A stretch of 64,000 bases of DNA. Source: an uncultured Chloroflexia bacterium (lineage in GTDB: Bacteria > Chloroflexota > Limnocylindria > Limnocylindrales > CSP1-4). Below are positions 9,903-19,707 of this stretch, in pieces (the first letter of the stretch is position 1; each line of letters starts with the position of its first letter). Location: contig CAVRGP010000015.1 of the NCBI GenBank assembly GCA_963720755.1, positions 1-64,000 of the forward strand, in the 5' to 3' direction. The notes under the pieces are model-generated. The model was not told where the DNA came from. It saw nothing but the letters and a program-made list of their open reading frames with translations, and did not search any database. Position numbers and translations under genes: made by a program.

Positions 9903-10981
9903 CTCGATCGCTGTCGTTGCTGCTGATCGCGATCCTCGCGGTCTCGAGTGGCGGCGAGATCCTCCCCGCGACCGTGGCCGATCCGGCACCGGCGCCGACC
10001 ACATCCCAGCTCATCGGCCAGAAGCTCGTCGTCCGGATGGACGGTGCCATCCCGAGCACCGACCTCCTCGGCCGGATCCAGCGCGGCGAGGTCGGCGGGG
10101 TCATCCTGTTCGGGTCCAATATCACGACCCCCGAGGCGCTGGTCGAACTCACCGGGGAACTCCAGGCGGCGGCGCTTGCCGGTGGCCAGCCACCGCTCCT
10201 GATCGCGGTCGACCAGGAAGGTGGCTCGATCAAACGGATCAGCTGGGCGCCACCGAACATCTCACCCCGCCATATGGGCCGGATCGGGCTGACGTCGGTC
10301 GCGCGCGCCCAGGGGGCGGCCACAGGTGCCGCGCTACACGATCTCGGGATCAACGTGGATCTCGCCCCTGTGGCAGATGTCCCGGCCACCACCGCGTCGT
10401 TCCTGTATCTACAGCGCCGGACGTTCTCGTTCGATCCAGTGCGAACAACGGCCCTGGCAAACGCGTTCGCGAGCGGGCTCAAGACGGGTGGCGTCGTCGC
10501 GGTCATGAAGCACTTCCCCGGGCTCGGCTTCGCCAAGCGCGACACCGACAGCGCCGTGGTCAGGATCCATCGATCCGCGGCCGAACTGGCGCCCGGGTTG
10601 AGCCCGTACGTCAAGGCGATCGGTCGGGGGATCCCGATGATCATGTTGTCCAACGCGACGTACGGGGCGTACGACCCGGATGCCGCCGCCGGCTGGTCGC
10701 ACGCGATCTCCGTGACGTTGCTCCGCCACCAGCTTGGTTTTCGCGGCGTCACGATCACGGACTCGCTGAATGGCACGGCCAAGGCCAGGGGCGGGTCAGC
10801 GACGTCGCTGGCCGTCCTCGCCGCCGATGCGGGGACCGACATGATCCTGCTGACCGGTTCCGAGGCGTCGAGCGCGAAGACATACGCGGCGCTCGTGCAG
10901 GCGGCGACCGATGGTCTGATCTCGCCCGCGCGGCTGCGGTACTCGTATCGGAGGATCCTGGCGCTCAAGTCGACCCTCTGA
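9899..10981 (+). CDS. Secreted GH3 glycoside hydrolase (NagZ-like)
   Basis: GGVILF, AVDQEGG, LAPVAD, KHFPGLG, ITDSL nucleophile; N-terminal signal. Confidence 0.88.
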   Translation: MTRSLSLLLIAILAVSSGGEILPATVADPAPAPTTSQLIGQKLVVRMDGAIPSTDLLGRIQRGEVGGVILFGSNITTPEALVELTGELQAAALAGGQPPLLIAVDQEGGSIKRISWAPPNISPRHMGRIGLTSVARAQGAATGAALHDLGINVDLAPVADVPATTASFLYLQRRTFSFDPVRTTALANAFASGLKTGGVVAVMKHFPGLGFAKRDTDSAVVRIHRSAAELAPGLSPYVKAIGRGIPMIMLSNATYGAYDPDAAAGWSHAISVTLLRHQLGFRGVTITDSLNGTAKARGGSATSLAVLAADAGTDMILLTGSEASSAKTYAALVQAATDGLISPARLRYSYRRILALKSTL

Positions 10982-11075
10982 TCGCGGGCCACCTCGCGGG
11001 CGTGGTCGCCATCGGACCGTACTGGTACGGTGACGGCGCTGCCGACTGGGCCGCACGACCACGGGAGGCACGACA

Positions 11076-11441
11076 ATGGACGAAGCAGCGGTTCGAGCAG
11101 AGGCCACGGCCCTGTGCGACGCACTCGTCGCCGGCGACATCGACCAGGCGATCGAGCATTTCAGCCAGGAGCTGCGGCGGAACATCGGCGAGGTGATCAG
11201 TTTGCTGCCGCTCCCGTGCATCGAGGCCACGGTGGAAACGATCGAGCACAGCGGATCCGGCCTGAACGTCATCCTGCGCCTTGTCGGGGAGAGTGATGAG
11301 GTTGAGATCCAGACCCGCTGGAAGGATCGCGGCGATCGGCCGACCATCATCGAAGCCAGCCACCTGAGCCAGCGAGCGCGCGAAGTGGCCGGTGACGCCG
11401 CGGGCACCGACGAGGAAGCCACCGCGCCCGAAGCTGACTGA
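11076..11441 (+). CDS. Hypothetical protein (possible NTF2-like fold)
   Basis: GGGAGG RBS; ALVAGDIDQAIEHFSQELR...IQTRWKDR. Confidence 0.7.
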   Translation: MDEAAVRAEATALCDALVAGDIDQAIEHFSQELRRNIGEVISLLPLPCIEATVETIEHSGSGLNVILRLVGESDEVEIQTRWKDRGDRPTIIEASHLSQRAREVAGDAAGTDEEATAPEAD

Positions 11442-11461
11442 CCGATCGCCTCGTACATGTC

Positions 11462-11835
11462 TGATGCTTGAATTCGGGCGTCCCAGGAGACATCCGCCGC
11501 GCTATGCGCGTAGGCAGCATCACCACCTGGTCCATGAAGCGTTGCTGCGCGAATTTTCAGCCCGCCTGATCCGGGCCGAGGCGCATGCGACGGGCGCCGC
11601 CACGGGTTGACGCCGCGGGCCGCAGGACGACGTCGGGGCCGTCCGCCGCGGGTGGCAGGACGACGCCGCGGACCGTTGGTCGGACATCGAGGGGGCCAGC
11701 CCGCGCCAGTCTCCGTCCGCGCCAGGTTCCGGCCCGCGCCAGTCTCCGGCCCGCGCCAGTCTCCGGCCCGGCGATATGCCGCCTACAGCGCATATCAAAG
11801 GAGGGAGGCTGCGACCCCCCTGAAATCAAGCATCA
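11462..11835. repeat. Palindromic REPIN/MITE-like element (family A, copy 2) with internal tandem repeats
   Basis: Arms at 11462-11522 and 11775-11835 share boxes and 41-nt offset with copy 1; GGCCCGCGCCAGTCTCC about 4 copies at 11698-11770. Confidence 0.8.
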
Positions 11836-11883
11836 AACCGGCGAGGCGGCGCGCCGCCATCACCCGCCGAACCAAGCCGCCAC

Positions 11884-12291
11884 CTAGCGTCCGCTCGCGC
11901 CCTCGTCGAAGATCTGATCCCAGATGTCGGCGTCCTCGGGAAACAGCCAGCGCTCGGCCTGGTGGCCGTCGCGGAAATGGAAGATGCTGACGACGCGGGT
12001 CTCGATATCGAGGCCATCGCGTCGCGCGCCCATGTGACTGATCGCGCAGACGTGGGCATCGTTCGCCAGCACGTCGTGCTCGGTCAGCCAGAACCCAAGG
12101 GTCTTGGCTTTCGCGAGCCAGGCCACGAGGGCGTCCCGGCCGATGACGTCCCCAGCCATTGGATGACGGCCGGGGACGTGCCAGATTACCTCGGGATCCA
12201 TGAACGTGGCTAGCTTCACGAGATCGCCGGCTCGGAGCGAATCAGCGGTCCGTCGGTAGAGGGCGACGTTGGGGTGTTCGTTCGTTTCCAT
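11884..12291 (-). CDS. SnoaL-like/NTF2 family protein
   Basis: METNEHPNV...DPEVIWHVPGRHPMAG...HDVLAND...FHFRDG..ERW; paralog of 2909-3286. Confidence 0.85.
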   Translation of the reverse strand: METNEHPNVALYRRTADSLRAGDLVKLATFMDPEVIWHVPGRHPMAGDVIGRDALVAWLAKAKTLGFWLTEHDVLANDAHVCAISHMGARRDGLDIETRVVSIFHFRDGHQAERWLFPEDADIWDQIFDEGASGR

Positions 12292-12302
12292 CGGCCGATT
12301 AT

Positions 12303-13112
12303 CTACGGAAACAGGTCGCTCTCGCTGGGGATGAGCGCCTCGCGGATGCTCGCTTCGCCTCGGGTGAAGGCGGCGCCGCGGACGAGCGCCACGGGTCGAC
12401 CGGCGCTCTTGCCGAGGGTCAGTTCCGCGGCGGACGCAAGCTCGTCGGCGACGGCCCGGACGGTCGACTGCATGACCCGGCCATCGGCATCGGGCGAACC
12501 GCGCAGGTCCTCGAGCGGCAGCAGACCGGACACGCCGATCGCGACATCGACGATGCCCCAGCGCCACGGCCGGCCGAACGAATCGGACACGATGACCGGC
12601 ACATCGACCTCGAAGCGGCCACGGATCGCGGCCCGGATCGCGGCCGCCGACGCGTCCGGATCGACCGGCAACAGAGTCACGATCGAACCCGACGCGGGCC
12701 CGACATTGGAGGCATCGACCCCGCCGTTCGCGCACACGAAGCCGTGCGCGGTCTCCGTGATCAGCACGCCGTGCTCCATCCGGACGACCCGGCGAGCTTC
12801 GCGCAGGACGACCTCGAGCTGACGTGGGTCGCGGCCCCAGCGTTGGGCGAACTCGACGACCTCCGGCCGGGGTTCGACCGAGGTGAGGTCGACGACCGCG
12901 CCTTCGGCCTTCGACACGATCTTCTGGGTCACGACGAGGACGTCATCGACCGTCAGGGGCTGGACGCCGGCCGACCGCTGGATCGCGTTGCCGATGATCA
13001 GGCCGAGGTCGTCGCCATCGATGATCTCGGGGATGCCGTCGAGGGCGACCAGACGGATCGTCCGATCGACGGCGCCCGTCCGGCCGCCCGCGCCGGAGCG
13101 CTCAGCTGACAC
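12303..13112 (-). CDS. cofE: Coenzyme F420-0:L-glutamate ligase (single domain)
   Basis: VVTQKIVSKAEG, CANGGVDASN, SDSFGRPWRWG, VADELASAA. Confidence 0.93.
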   Translation of the reverse strand: MSAERSGAGGRTGAVDRTIRLVALDGIPEIIDGDDLGLIIGNAIQRSAGVQPLTVDDVLVVTQKIVSKAEGAVVDLTSVEPRPEVVEFAQRWGRDPRQLEVVLREARRVVRMEHGVLITETAHGFVCANGGVDASNVGPASGSIVTLLPVDPDASAAAIRAAIRGRFEVDVPVIVSDSFGRPWRWGIVDVAIGVSGLLPLEDLRGSPDADGRVMQSTVRAVADELASAAELTLGKSAGRPVALVRGAAFTRGEASIREALIPSESDLFP

Positions 13113-13722
13113 CGAGGCGCTCCTGCCGGATCGACTCGACGTACACGAGATCGTCGGGGGTGTCGAGGTCGATGGTGAGCGGGCCGGCGAGTTCGACGTA
13201 CGTGGCGCCGGCGGCGTCGGCAGCGGCTCGATGGGCGCGCCGGCTTTCCGGTCCGAAGGCGAACTCGATGGCGTCGGGCGGCTTGAGTGCGAGGGTGTTC
13301 GTCCCGGTGCCGTGGTGATCGGTGACGAGGACGACCGCCGGTGCCTCCGCCTCGCCGAGGGCGTCGAGGACCGCGATGACGGCATCGACCTCGACGAACG
13401 GCAGGTCGATCGGCAGGATCAGGATCGCGCCCGCGCCGCCGGCGACGACGTCGGCCCGCGCCTCGACCAGGCCCGCGTTGAGCCCGTGCGTTCGCTGGCG
13501 GAGGGTCCGGGCGCCGAGGTCGGCCGCCCGGTGCAGGATGGCGCGGTCCGGACTGACGACGACCACATCCCTGAACCGATCGACCGCCAGCGCCGCCTCC
13601 ACGGTCCGATCCAGCAAGCCCTCGACCAGGACCTGTCGTTCCTCCGCGTCGAGCGCATCGCCGAGCCGGGACTTGGCTCCCTCGAACGTGCCGACCGGGA
13701 TGATGGCCGCGATCGAAGTCAT
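13102..13722 (-). CDS. cofC: PEP/2-phospho-L-lactate guanylyltransferase
   Basis: IIPV...AKSRL, GLN, DLP, GTGTN, FGPES...H, DLDTPDDL. Confidence 0.92.
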   Translation of the reverse strand: MTSIAAIIPVGTFEGAKSRLGDALDAEERQVLVEGLLDRTVEAALAVDRFRDVVVVSPDRAILHRAADLGARTLRQRTHGLNAGLVEARADVVAGGAGAILILPIDLPFVEVDAVIAVLDALGEAEAPAVVLVTDHHGTGTNTLALKPPDAIEFAFGPESRRAHRAAADAAGATYVELAGPLTIDLDTPDDLVYVESIRQERLGVS

Positions 13723-14708
13723 GTGGCGGTTCCCCGGGGAGTGGCCGCGGACCCGACGGTCGGCCCTCCGAGCGTGGCCGCGAACTCGAGCACGGCCTGC
13801 GCCACTCTGGCCCGACCTTCGTGATCCGCCATGATCGTGTCGGCCACGAGCGTGCGCAGGCCCAGGGCCGCGATGGCCGGCTCGAGGGCCTGGTCCACCG
13901 CATCCAGCACGAAGCCATCGATGGCGCCGGCATACTGCGCGGCCACGCCCCGGGCGCTCGATTCGAACCCGAGCGCGGTGAGCATCCGATCGGCCGGCCC
14001 CTTCAACGCCACGCCTCCGACGATGCCGCTGACCGCGATGACCGGCACGCCCCGGGATCGGGCGGCGGCCAGCAGCTCGATCATCCCGGGGACGGCCAGG
14101 ATCGGCCCGATCGAGACAAGCGGGTTCGATGGCCCGATGACGATCACCTCGGCCCCGGCCAGCGCGGCCACAACGGCCTCGGTCGGTCGGGCGGCCTCGA
14201 TGCCCGCGAAGCGGATCTCGCGGACGTCGGGCGCCTGGCGCTGGTGGACGAAGTACTCCTGGAAGTCGAGCCAGCCCTCGTCGGTCCGGACCTGGGTCGG
14301 CACGGCCGTATCGGTCATCGGCAGGATCCGGGTCGGGATCCCCAGGGCGGCCTGGAGGGCCAGGACCGCGTCGGTCAGCGTGGCGCCGTCCCGGATCCGG
14401 GCATTCCGGGCGATGTGCGTGGCGAAATCCCGGTCGCCGAGCCGGAACCAGTCGGGTTCCCCGAGTTCGGCCAGGGCGTCCATCACGGTCCAGGTCTCAC
14501 CGGCGATCCCCCAACCGCGTTCGTCGTCGAAGCGGCCCGACAGCATGTACAGGACCGCGTCGTGATCCGGCATGACCAGCAGTCCGTGGCGGACGGTGTC
14601 GTCGCCGGTGTTCACGATCACGTGCAGATCGCCCGGGGAGAGGACCGCCTGGAGCCCATGCGCCAGTTTCGCGCCGCCGGTCCCACCTGCCAGGGCGACG
14701 ACGTTCAT
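13719..14708 (-). CDS. cofD: 2-phospho-L-lactate transferase
   Basis: LAGGTGGAKL, IVNTGDD, WFRLGDRD, FQEYFV, GPSNPLVSIGPIL, KGPADRML. Confidence 0.93.
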   Translation of the reverse strand: MNVVALAGGTGGAKLAHGLQAVLSPGDLHVIVNTGDDTVRHGLLVMPDHDAVLYMLSGRFDDERGWGIAGETWTVMDALAELGEPDWFRLGDRDFATHIARNARIRDGATLTDAVLALQAALGIPTRILPMTDTAVPTQVRTDEGWLDFQEYFVHQRQAPDVREIRFAGIEAARPTEAVVAALAGAEVIVIGPSNPLVSIGPILAVPGMIELLAAARSRGVPVIAVSGIVGGVALKGPADRMLTALGFESSARGVAAQYAGAIDGFVLDAVDQALEPAIAALGLRTLVADTIMADHEGRARVAQAVLEFAATLGGPTVGSAATPRGTAT

Positions 14709-14709
14709 G

Positions 14710-15635
14710 TCATCCGTCCAGCAGCGACTCGACCTCGGCCATCCGGTCGATGGTCTCGTGGTCGAACGGTGCCGGCATCCGGACGATGACGGTCTCGAAG
14801 CCGAGCTCGACATACGGGCCGGATCGCGTCGGCGACCACGGCCGGTGAACCGAGCAGCGGGGGCAGCCCCATCTCGGTCGATCCCGTTGTTCTCGAGCTG
14901 GACGGCATAGGCAGCCTCGGCCGCCGCCGGATCATCACGAAGGACGATGGGGAAGCTGACGGTCTTCTCGATCGTGGCGATATCCCGACCGACCGCATCG
15001 CAATGCTCGCCAAGGATGGCCAGCTTGCCCCGGACCTCATCGACCGTCCCGGACGTGTTCCAGCCATCGCCCCGAAGGGCCACGGTCCGGAGCGTCTTCT
15101 TCGGCCCGGAGCCTCCGATCAGGATCGGCAGGTGGGCCTGGATCGGCTTCGGCTCGCACAGCGCGTCGGTGAACGTATAGAACCGACCCTCGTGGCTGAA
15201 CCGCTCGCCATCGAGCAGGCGGCGCATGAGCATGACCGCCTCGTCCAGCCGATCGAGCCGTTCCCCGAAACCCGAATAGAAGTCGATCCCGTACGCCTCG
15301 TGCTCGCGCTCGAACCAGGCGCCACCGATCCCGAGCACGGCCCGACCGCCCGACAGGTGATCGAGGGTCGTCGTGAGCTTGGCGGTGTGCCCGGGGTTGC
15401 GGAACGTGTTGGCCCCGACCATCAGGCCGAGCCGGACGCGCGAGGTGATCGGCCCCAGGCCGGCGAGGACGCTCCAGCCTTCGAAGATGGGCTGTTCCCA
15501 CGGGCCGAAGATGGCCATCAGGTGATCCCAGGTCCAGACCGAATCCCAGCCGGCCGCTTCGGCGGCCAATGCCGCGTCGCGAAACCCGGGCCAGTCGGTC
15601 TTCTGGGACCAGAGCTGCAAGCCGAAGCGGGTCAT
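14710..15635 (-). CDS. LLM-class F420-dependent oxidoreductase, two indels near 14820-14870
   Basis: WTWDHL, FRNPG..AK..TTLDHLSGGR..LGIGGAWFEREH, PILIGGSG; C-terminus ELGFETVIVR...LLDG-stop is in another frame. Confidence 0.85.
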
Positions 15636-15648
15636 TGGGCGGGCCTCC

Positions 15649-16099
15649 TCAGTCGTCGAGATGATCGTGGATCGCAGTAGCTGTGAACCGGAACGAGATG
15701 CGCTCCTCGCGCTCGAACTGCTCGGCGATGATCCGTTCTGCCTCGCCGGGCTCGTCGGCGTGGTAGCGACGGGCCATCCCGGCGATGTCCGCCTGCGCGG
15801 CCGCCTGATCGGTGATGATCCGGACCCTGCCGCTCAAGCCGACCCAGCCGTACCCGTCGGTCTTCATCGACGACCGACATCGAGATGCGCGGGTCTCGCA
15901 CGAGATCGGTCGGCCAGCGGCGCCCGACCGCGCTGTTGATGACGATCTCGTCGCCATCGACCGTGTACCAGATGACGGCCTGGTGGGGGGCGCCGTCCTC
16001 GCCCAGCGTCGCGATGGTGGCGAAGCGAAGGTCGTCGAGGAAGACGCGGATCCGATCGGGGAGGGGGATGCCTGGGCTCGCTGGGGACGGGTCGGTCAT
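15649..16099 (-). CDS. PPOX-class (split beta-barrel) F420-dependent oxidoreductase, frameshift near 15865
   Basis: FATIATLGEDGAPHQAVIWY...DLVRDPRISMSV, then Y.WV.LSG...ARRY in the shifted frame. Confidence 0.82.
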
Positions 16100-17253
16100 G
16101 CCCTCGATGGTACGCGAGCCGTCCGACGGTGTGGCGCGCGGGCGGTTCGGCGGGGCGTTCGGTCGAGTCGACGTGGGGCGCGCGGTTCAGGTGCCGGCTT
16201 GCCCAGCAGGTAGCCCTGGCCGAAGTCGACCGACAGCTCGGTCAGCACGCGAAGTTCCGCGCGTCGCTCGATCCCCTCGGCCAGCAGCCTCGCCCCGATC
16301 CGCCGTCCGAACGACACGAACGACTCGACGAGCGCCTGTTTCGCGTCGTCGCGGTCGATGCCCTGGACGATCTCGCGGTCGATCTTGATGACCGACGGCC
16401 TGAGCGCGGCGATGAGCGTGAAGCTGGCGTAGCCGGCGCCGGCGTCGTCCACGGCGAACCCGAACCCGATCCGGCGCAGCTGCTTGACTCGGCGCTGCAA
16501 CGCCCGGACATCGGCGACCGATTGCTGTTCCGTGCATTCGATGGTGATGTGCTGCGGCTCGAGGCCGACCTCTCGGACCCGGAGGGCGAGGGTCTTCGCC
16601 TCGAACGCGGGGTGGACGAGGCTGGCCGGCATGAGGTTGATGGCGAACCGTCGCGGCGCTTGGCCGGCCTCGCGTCGTTCGGCTTCGAACCGCCCGACCC
16701 GCTGCAGCACGGTCTCAAGGATCGTGGCATCCAGCTCGACGCCGCGCTCGGTGCTGATCGCCGCCTGGACCACGGACGTGATCGATTGCGGAAGCATCGG
16801 CATCTCCGGCCGGAAGAGGACCTCGTACTCGTGGAGTCCGCCGCTCGCGATGTCGATGATCGGCTGGAAGGCCACGCTGTGGAGCGCCCGCAACGAGAAG
16901 AAGTAGTCGAGCATCTTCGTCTGGACCGTGTGCGTGGAGCGGGCCATCCCGATCCGCTCCGCAAGGCCCGACAGCTGGACCGCCGCCGACATCGCCACCA
17001 GATACCGGTCGCGCTCGGGCAACGAGCTGTCGACCGCGATGAGGCCGTACGGCGGCACTTCAGCATCGCCGGCGACGATCGCGGCGACCCGGTCGGACAG
17101 CACATCGGCGGGTGCCAGCAGGACGATGCCCGTCTCCAGTTCGAGCACGCGACTGCTCGGGAGGCGTGCGGCAAGGCGGTGCACGAAACGGATGTCGCGC
17201 GCCCAGAGGAGACGCTCGTCCACGGGCGGCCGTGTGGAGGTGATGAATCTCAC
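16096..17253 (-). CDS. EAL-domain c-di-GMP phosphodiesterase
   Basis: FQPI, EVLFR, INL, IECTE, VDDAGAGYAS, IKIDR, AEGIE, GQGYLLGKP. Confidence 0.88.
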   Translation of the reverse strand: MRFITSTRPPVDERLLWARDIRFVHRLAARLPSSRVLELETGIVLLAPADVLSDRVAAIVAGDAEVPPYGLIAVDSSLPERDRYLVAMSAAVQLSGLAERIGMARSTHTVQTKMLDYFFSLRALHSVAFQPIIDIASGGLHEYEVLFRPEMPMLPQSITSVVQAAISTERGVELDATILETVLQRVGRFEAERREAGQAPRRFAINLMPASLVHPAFEAKTLALRVREVGLEPQHITIECTEQQSVADVRALQRRVKQLRRIGFGFAVDDAGAGYASFTLIAALRPSVIKIDREIVQGIDRDDAKQALVESFVSFGRRIGARLLAEGIERRAELRVLTELSVDFGQGYLLGKPAPEPRAPRRLDRTPRRTARAPHRRTARVPSRA

Positions 17254-17390
17254 CTGCGGATGGTGAGCGGCGGGGGTCCTGGTGTCGCCCCTGCGACCGT
17301 CCCGGTCGCACGCCGCCGTTGGTACCGTCCCTGCAGGACCGGGGCATCGTAGAATCCGCCTGTTCCCAAGGCAGATGACGGAGGCGAAGC

Positions 17391-18248
17391 GTGGTCCACG
17401 ACGCGGATACCGCGGAGATCGGCGTGTTCGGAGGGTCGGGCTTCTACTCGCTCCTCGACGATGTCCGCGAGGTCAAGGTCGATACGCCCTACGGGTCGCC
17501 GTCCGACTCGGTCTTCCTGGCCGAGGTCGGCGGCCGGCGGGTCGCGTTCCTGCCGCGTCACGGCCGGCTCCACACGATCCCGCCGCACAAGATCAACTAC
17601 CGGGCGAACGTCTGGGCGATGCGCTCGCTCGGGGTGAAGGCCGTGATCTCGCCGTGCGCTGCCGGCTCGCTCCAGCTCGCGGTCAAGCCCGGCGATTTCG
17701 TGGTCTGCGACCAGTTCGTCGACCGGACGTCCGGGCGCGTCCACACGTTCTTCGACGGCCCGATCGTGACCCACCTGTCGTCCGCCGAGACCTACGACCC
17801 GGTCCTGCGCGAGCTGGCCATCGCCACCATCCGCGACCACGGGATCCACGTCCACGAAAGCGGGACGGTCGTGGTCATCGAGGGTCCTCGCTTCTCGACC
17901 CAGTCGGAGTCGAAATGGTTCAGCGACGCGGGCTGGGAGGTCATCAACATGACCCAGTACCCGGAGGCGTGGCTGTGCCGTGAGCTCGGGATGGCGGTCG
18001 TGAACATCAGCCTCATCACCGATTACGACGCGGGTGTCCACGAAGGTACCGAGGCCGTGAACGCGATGAGCGTCCTGGAGGTCTTCCAGCAGAACGCGGC
18101 GCGGATCCAGGCCGTCGTGATCGACCTCATCGGGCGGTTCCCGGCCGATCTCGATTCGCTGGGAGCGTTGGATGCCCTGGGTCCGACCCGAGGCGACGGT
18201 CATGCGATGGCCAAGGAGGACATCCGCCTGTTCGAGACGGGGCTTTGA
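17391..18248 (+). CDS. mtnP: S-methyl-5'-thioadenosine phosphorylase
   Basis: IGVFGGSG, TPYGSPSD, FLPRHG, INYRANVWA, IEGPRFST, INMT, ITDYD. Confidence 0.92.
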   Translation: MVHDADTAEIGVFGGSGFYSLLDDVREVKVDTPYGSPSDSVFLAEVGGRRVAFLPRHGRLHTIPPHKINYRANVWAMRSLGVKAVISPCAAGSLQLAVKPGDFVVCDQFVDRTSGRVHTFFDGPIVTHLSSAETYDPVLRELAIATIRDHGIHVHESGTVVVIEGPRFSTQSESKWFSDAGWEVINMTQYPEAWLCRELGMAVVNISLITDYDAGVHEGTEAVNAMSVLEVFQQNAARIQAVVIDLIGRFPADLDSLGALDALGPTRGDGHAMAKEDIRLFETGL

Positions 18249-18310
18249 CCGCGGCCGATGGCCGGCCCGTGACCGCGGCCGATGGCCGGCCCGTGACCGC
18301 GGCCGATGGC
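18246..18310 (+). repeat. 24-bp tandem repeat TGACCGCGGCCGATGGCCGGCCCG, about 2.7 copies
   Basis: Starts exactly at the mtnP stop codon. Confidence 0.9.
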
Positions 18311-18324
18311 GAGACCGGTCCGTG

Positions 18325-19177
18325 ATGGCCCCCGCCGACGCACCTCGTTTGCCGATCGGCGTCTGCATCCGGTCGATCCGGGCCGAGCCGGGCTGGTGGC
18401 TGGAGAGCGCTCGCCGCCTCGATGCGGCCGGCTATGCCGGGATCTGGTCGTGGGACCACTTCATGGGTCGCGGTGACCTGACCGTCCCGGTCGTCGAGAG
18501 TTGGACGATCCTGTCCATGGCCGCGGCGGTGACCCAGCAAGTGACGGTCGGTCCGTTCGTGCTCAACGTGATGAATCGACATCCGGCGGTCGTGGCGCGG
18601 ATGGCATCGACCCTCCAGATCGCGAGCGGCGGTCGGCTCGTGCTCGGGATCGGGATCGGCGGAGCGCCCAGGGAGCATGCCGCGATCGGGCATCGACTTC
18701 CCGGACGCACCCGGGCGCGTCGCCCGGCTCGAGGAAGCGGTCGCCGTGATCCGGGCGTTGTGGACCGGTGGGCCGATCACCCGGCCGTCACCGTTCTACC
18801 CGCTCCAGGATGCGTACGCGTTCCCCGTGCCGGTGCCACCACCACCGATCATCCTCGGCGGCGAGACCCCGGCCGGCGCGCGGCTGGCCGGCCGGATCGG
18901 CGACGGCTGGTCCGCCTTCGACAGCAACTTCGAGCAGAACCTGCCGCTCTATCTCGAGTCGCTGGCCGCGGCCGGGCGACGGCGCGAGGACCAGCGGGTC
19001 ATCGTCGGCTTCCAGGGCGACTGGCTATCCGATGAATCGCTGGCGGACTCGCCCTGGATCGTGGCCCCGCGCGAGACCTTTGCGCGGTGGCAGGCCGCGG
19101 GCGCGGACGACGTGATCGTGCTGGCCCGCACCACTGCGGATGTCGACCTGCTGGTCGAGGCAGCCGAACGCTGGTAG
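18325..19177 (+). CDS. LLM-class flavin/F420-dependent oxidoreductase, frameshift near 18690
   Basis: WSWDHF, NRHPAVVARMASTLQIASGGRLVLGIG, continuing GIDFP...RLEEAV...PPIILGG. Confidence 0.85.
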
Positions 19178-19245
19178 AGACTCGAGCGGGTGGGCCTGTC
19201 GCGTACGCTCGGTCATCACCCGATGCAGCTCGAACGGAGGCAGCG

Positions 19246-19626
19246 ATGACACACGGACCGATCGAATCGCCCGACATGCCCAAGGTGGTCGGCCCCTACT
19301 CACCTGCGGTGCGAGCCGGTGACCTGGTCTTCATCGCCGGGCAGCCCGGCCTCGATCCAGCGACCGGAGCGGTGCCCGACGGCGGGTTCGAAGCCGAAGC
19401 GCGGCAGGCCTTCGTCAACCTTCGAACGGTGGTCGAGGCCGCGGGCGCCGGACTCGACCGGGTAGTGAAGACGACCGTCTTCCTCGGCAGCGCGGACGAC
19501 TTCGGGACCCTGAACCAGCTCTTCGGCGAGTTCTTCCCGACCGCACCACCCGTCCGATCGACCCCGATCGTCGGCCTGCCTCGCAACCTCCGGATCTCGA
19601 TCGACGCCGTCGTCTACATCGGCTGA
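19246..19626 (+). CDS. RidA/YjgF family protein
   Basis: GPYSPAV, VFIAGQ, VVKTTVFL, PVRST; GGAGG RBS. Confidence 0.9.
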   Translation: MTHGPIESPDMPKVVGPYSPAVRAGDLVFIAGQPGLDPATGAVPDGGFEAEARQAFVNLRTVVEAAGAGLDRVVKTTVFLGSADDFGTLNQLFGEFFPTAPPVRSTPIVGLPRNLRISIDAVVYIG

Positions 19627-19707
19627 GCGAGGGCCGGCCGCCCGGGCCGGCGGCCGGCACTCTCCGTTCGCCCGGGCCGTGCGGCCGGCCCCGCGTGGGG
19701 CAGGCGT

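Noticed and set aside
13719-15635. Apparent 638-aa LLM-CofD fusion in the ORF track
   Set aside because: The junction peptide is out-of-frame text; the LLM C-terminus and stop (14710) lie in another frame and cofD has its own ATG at 14708
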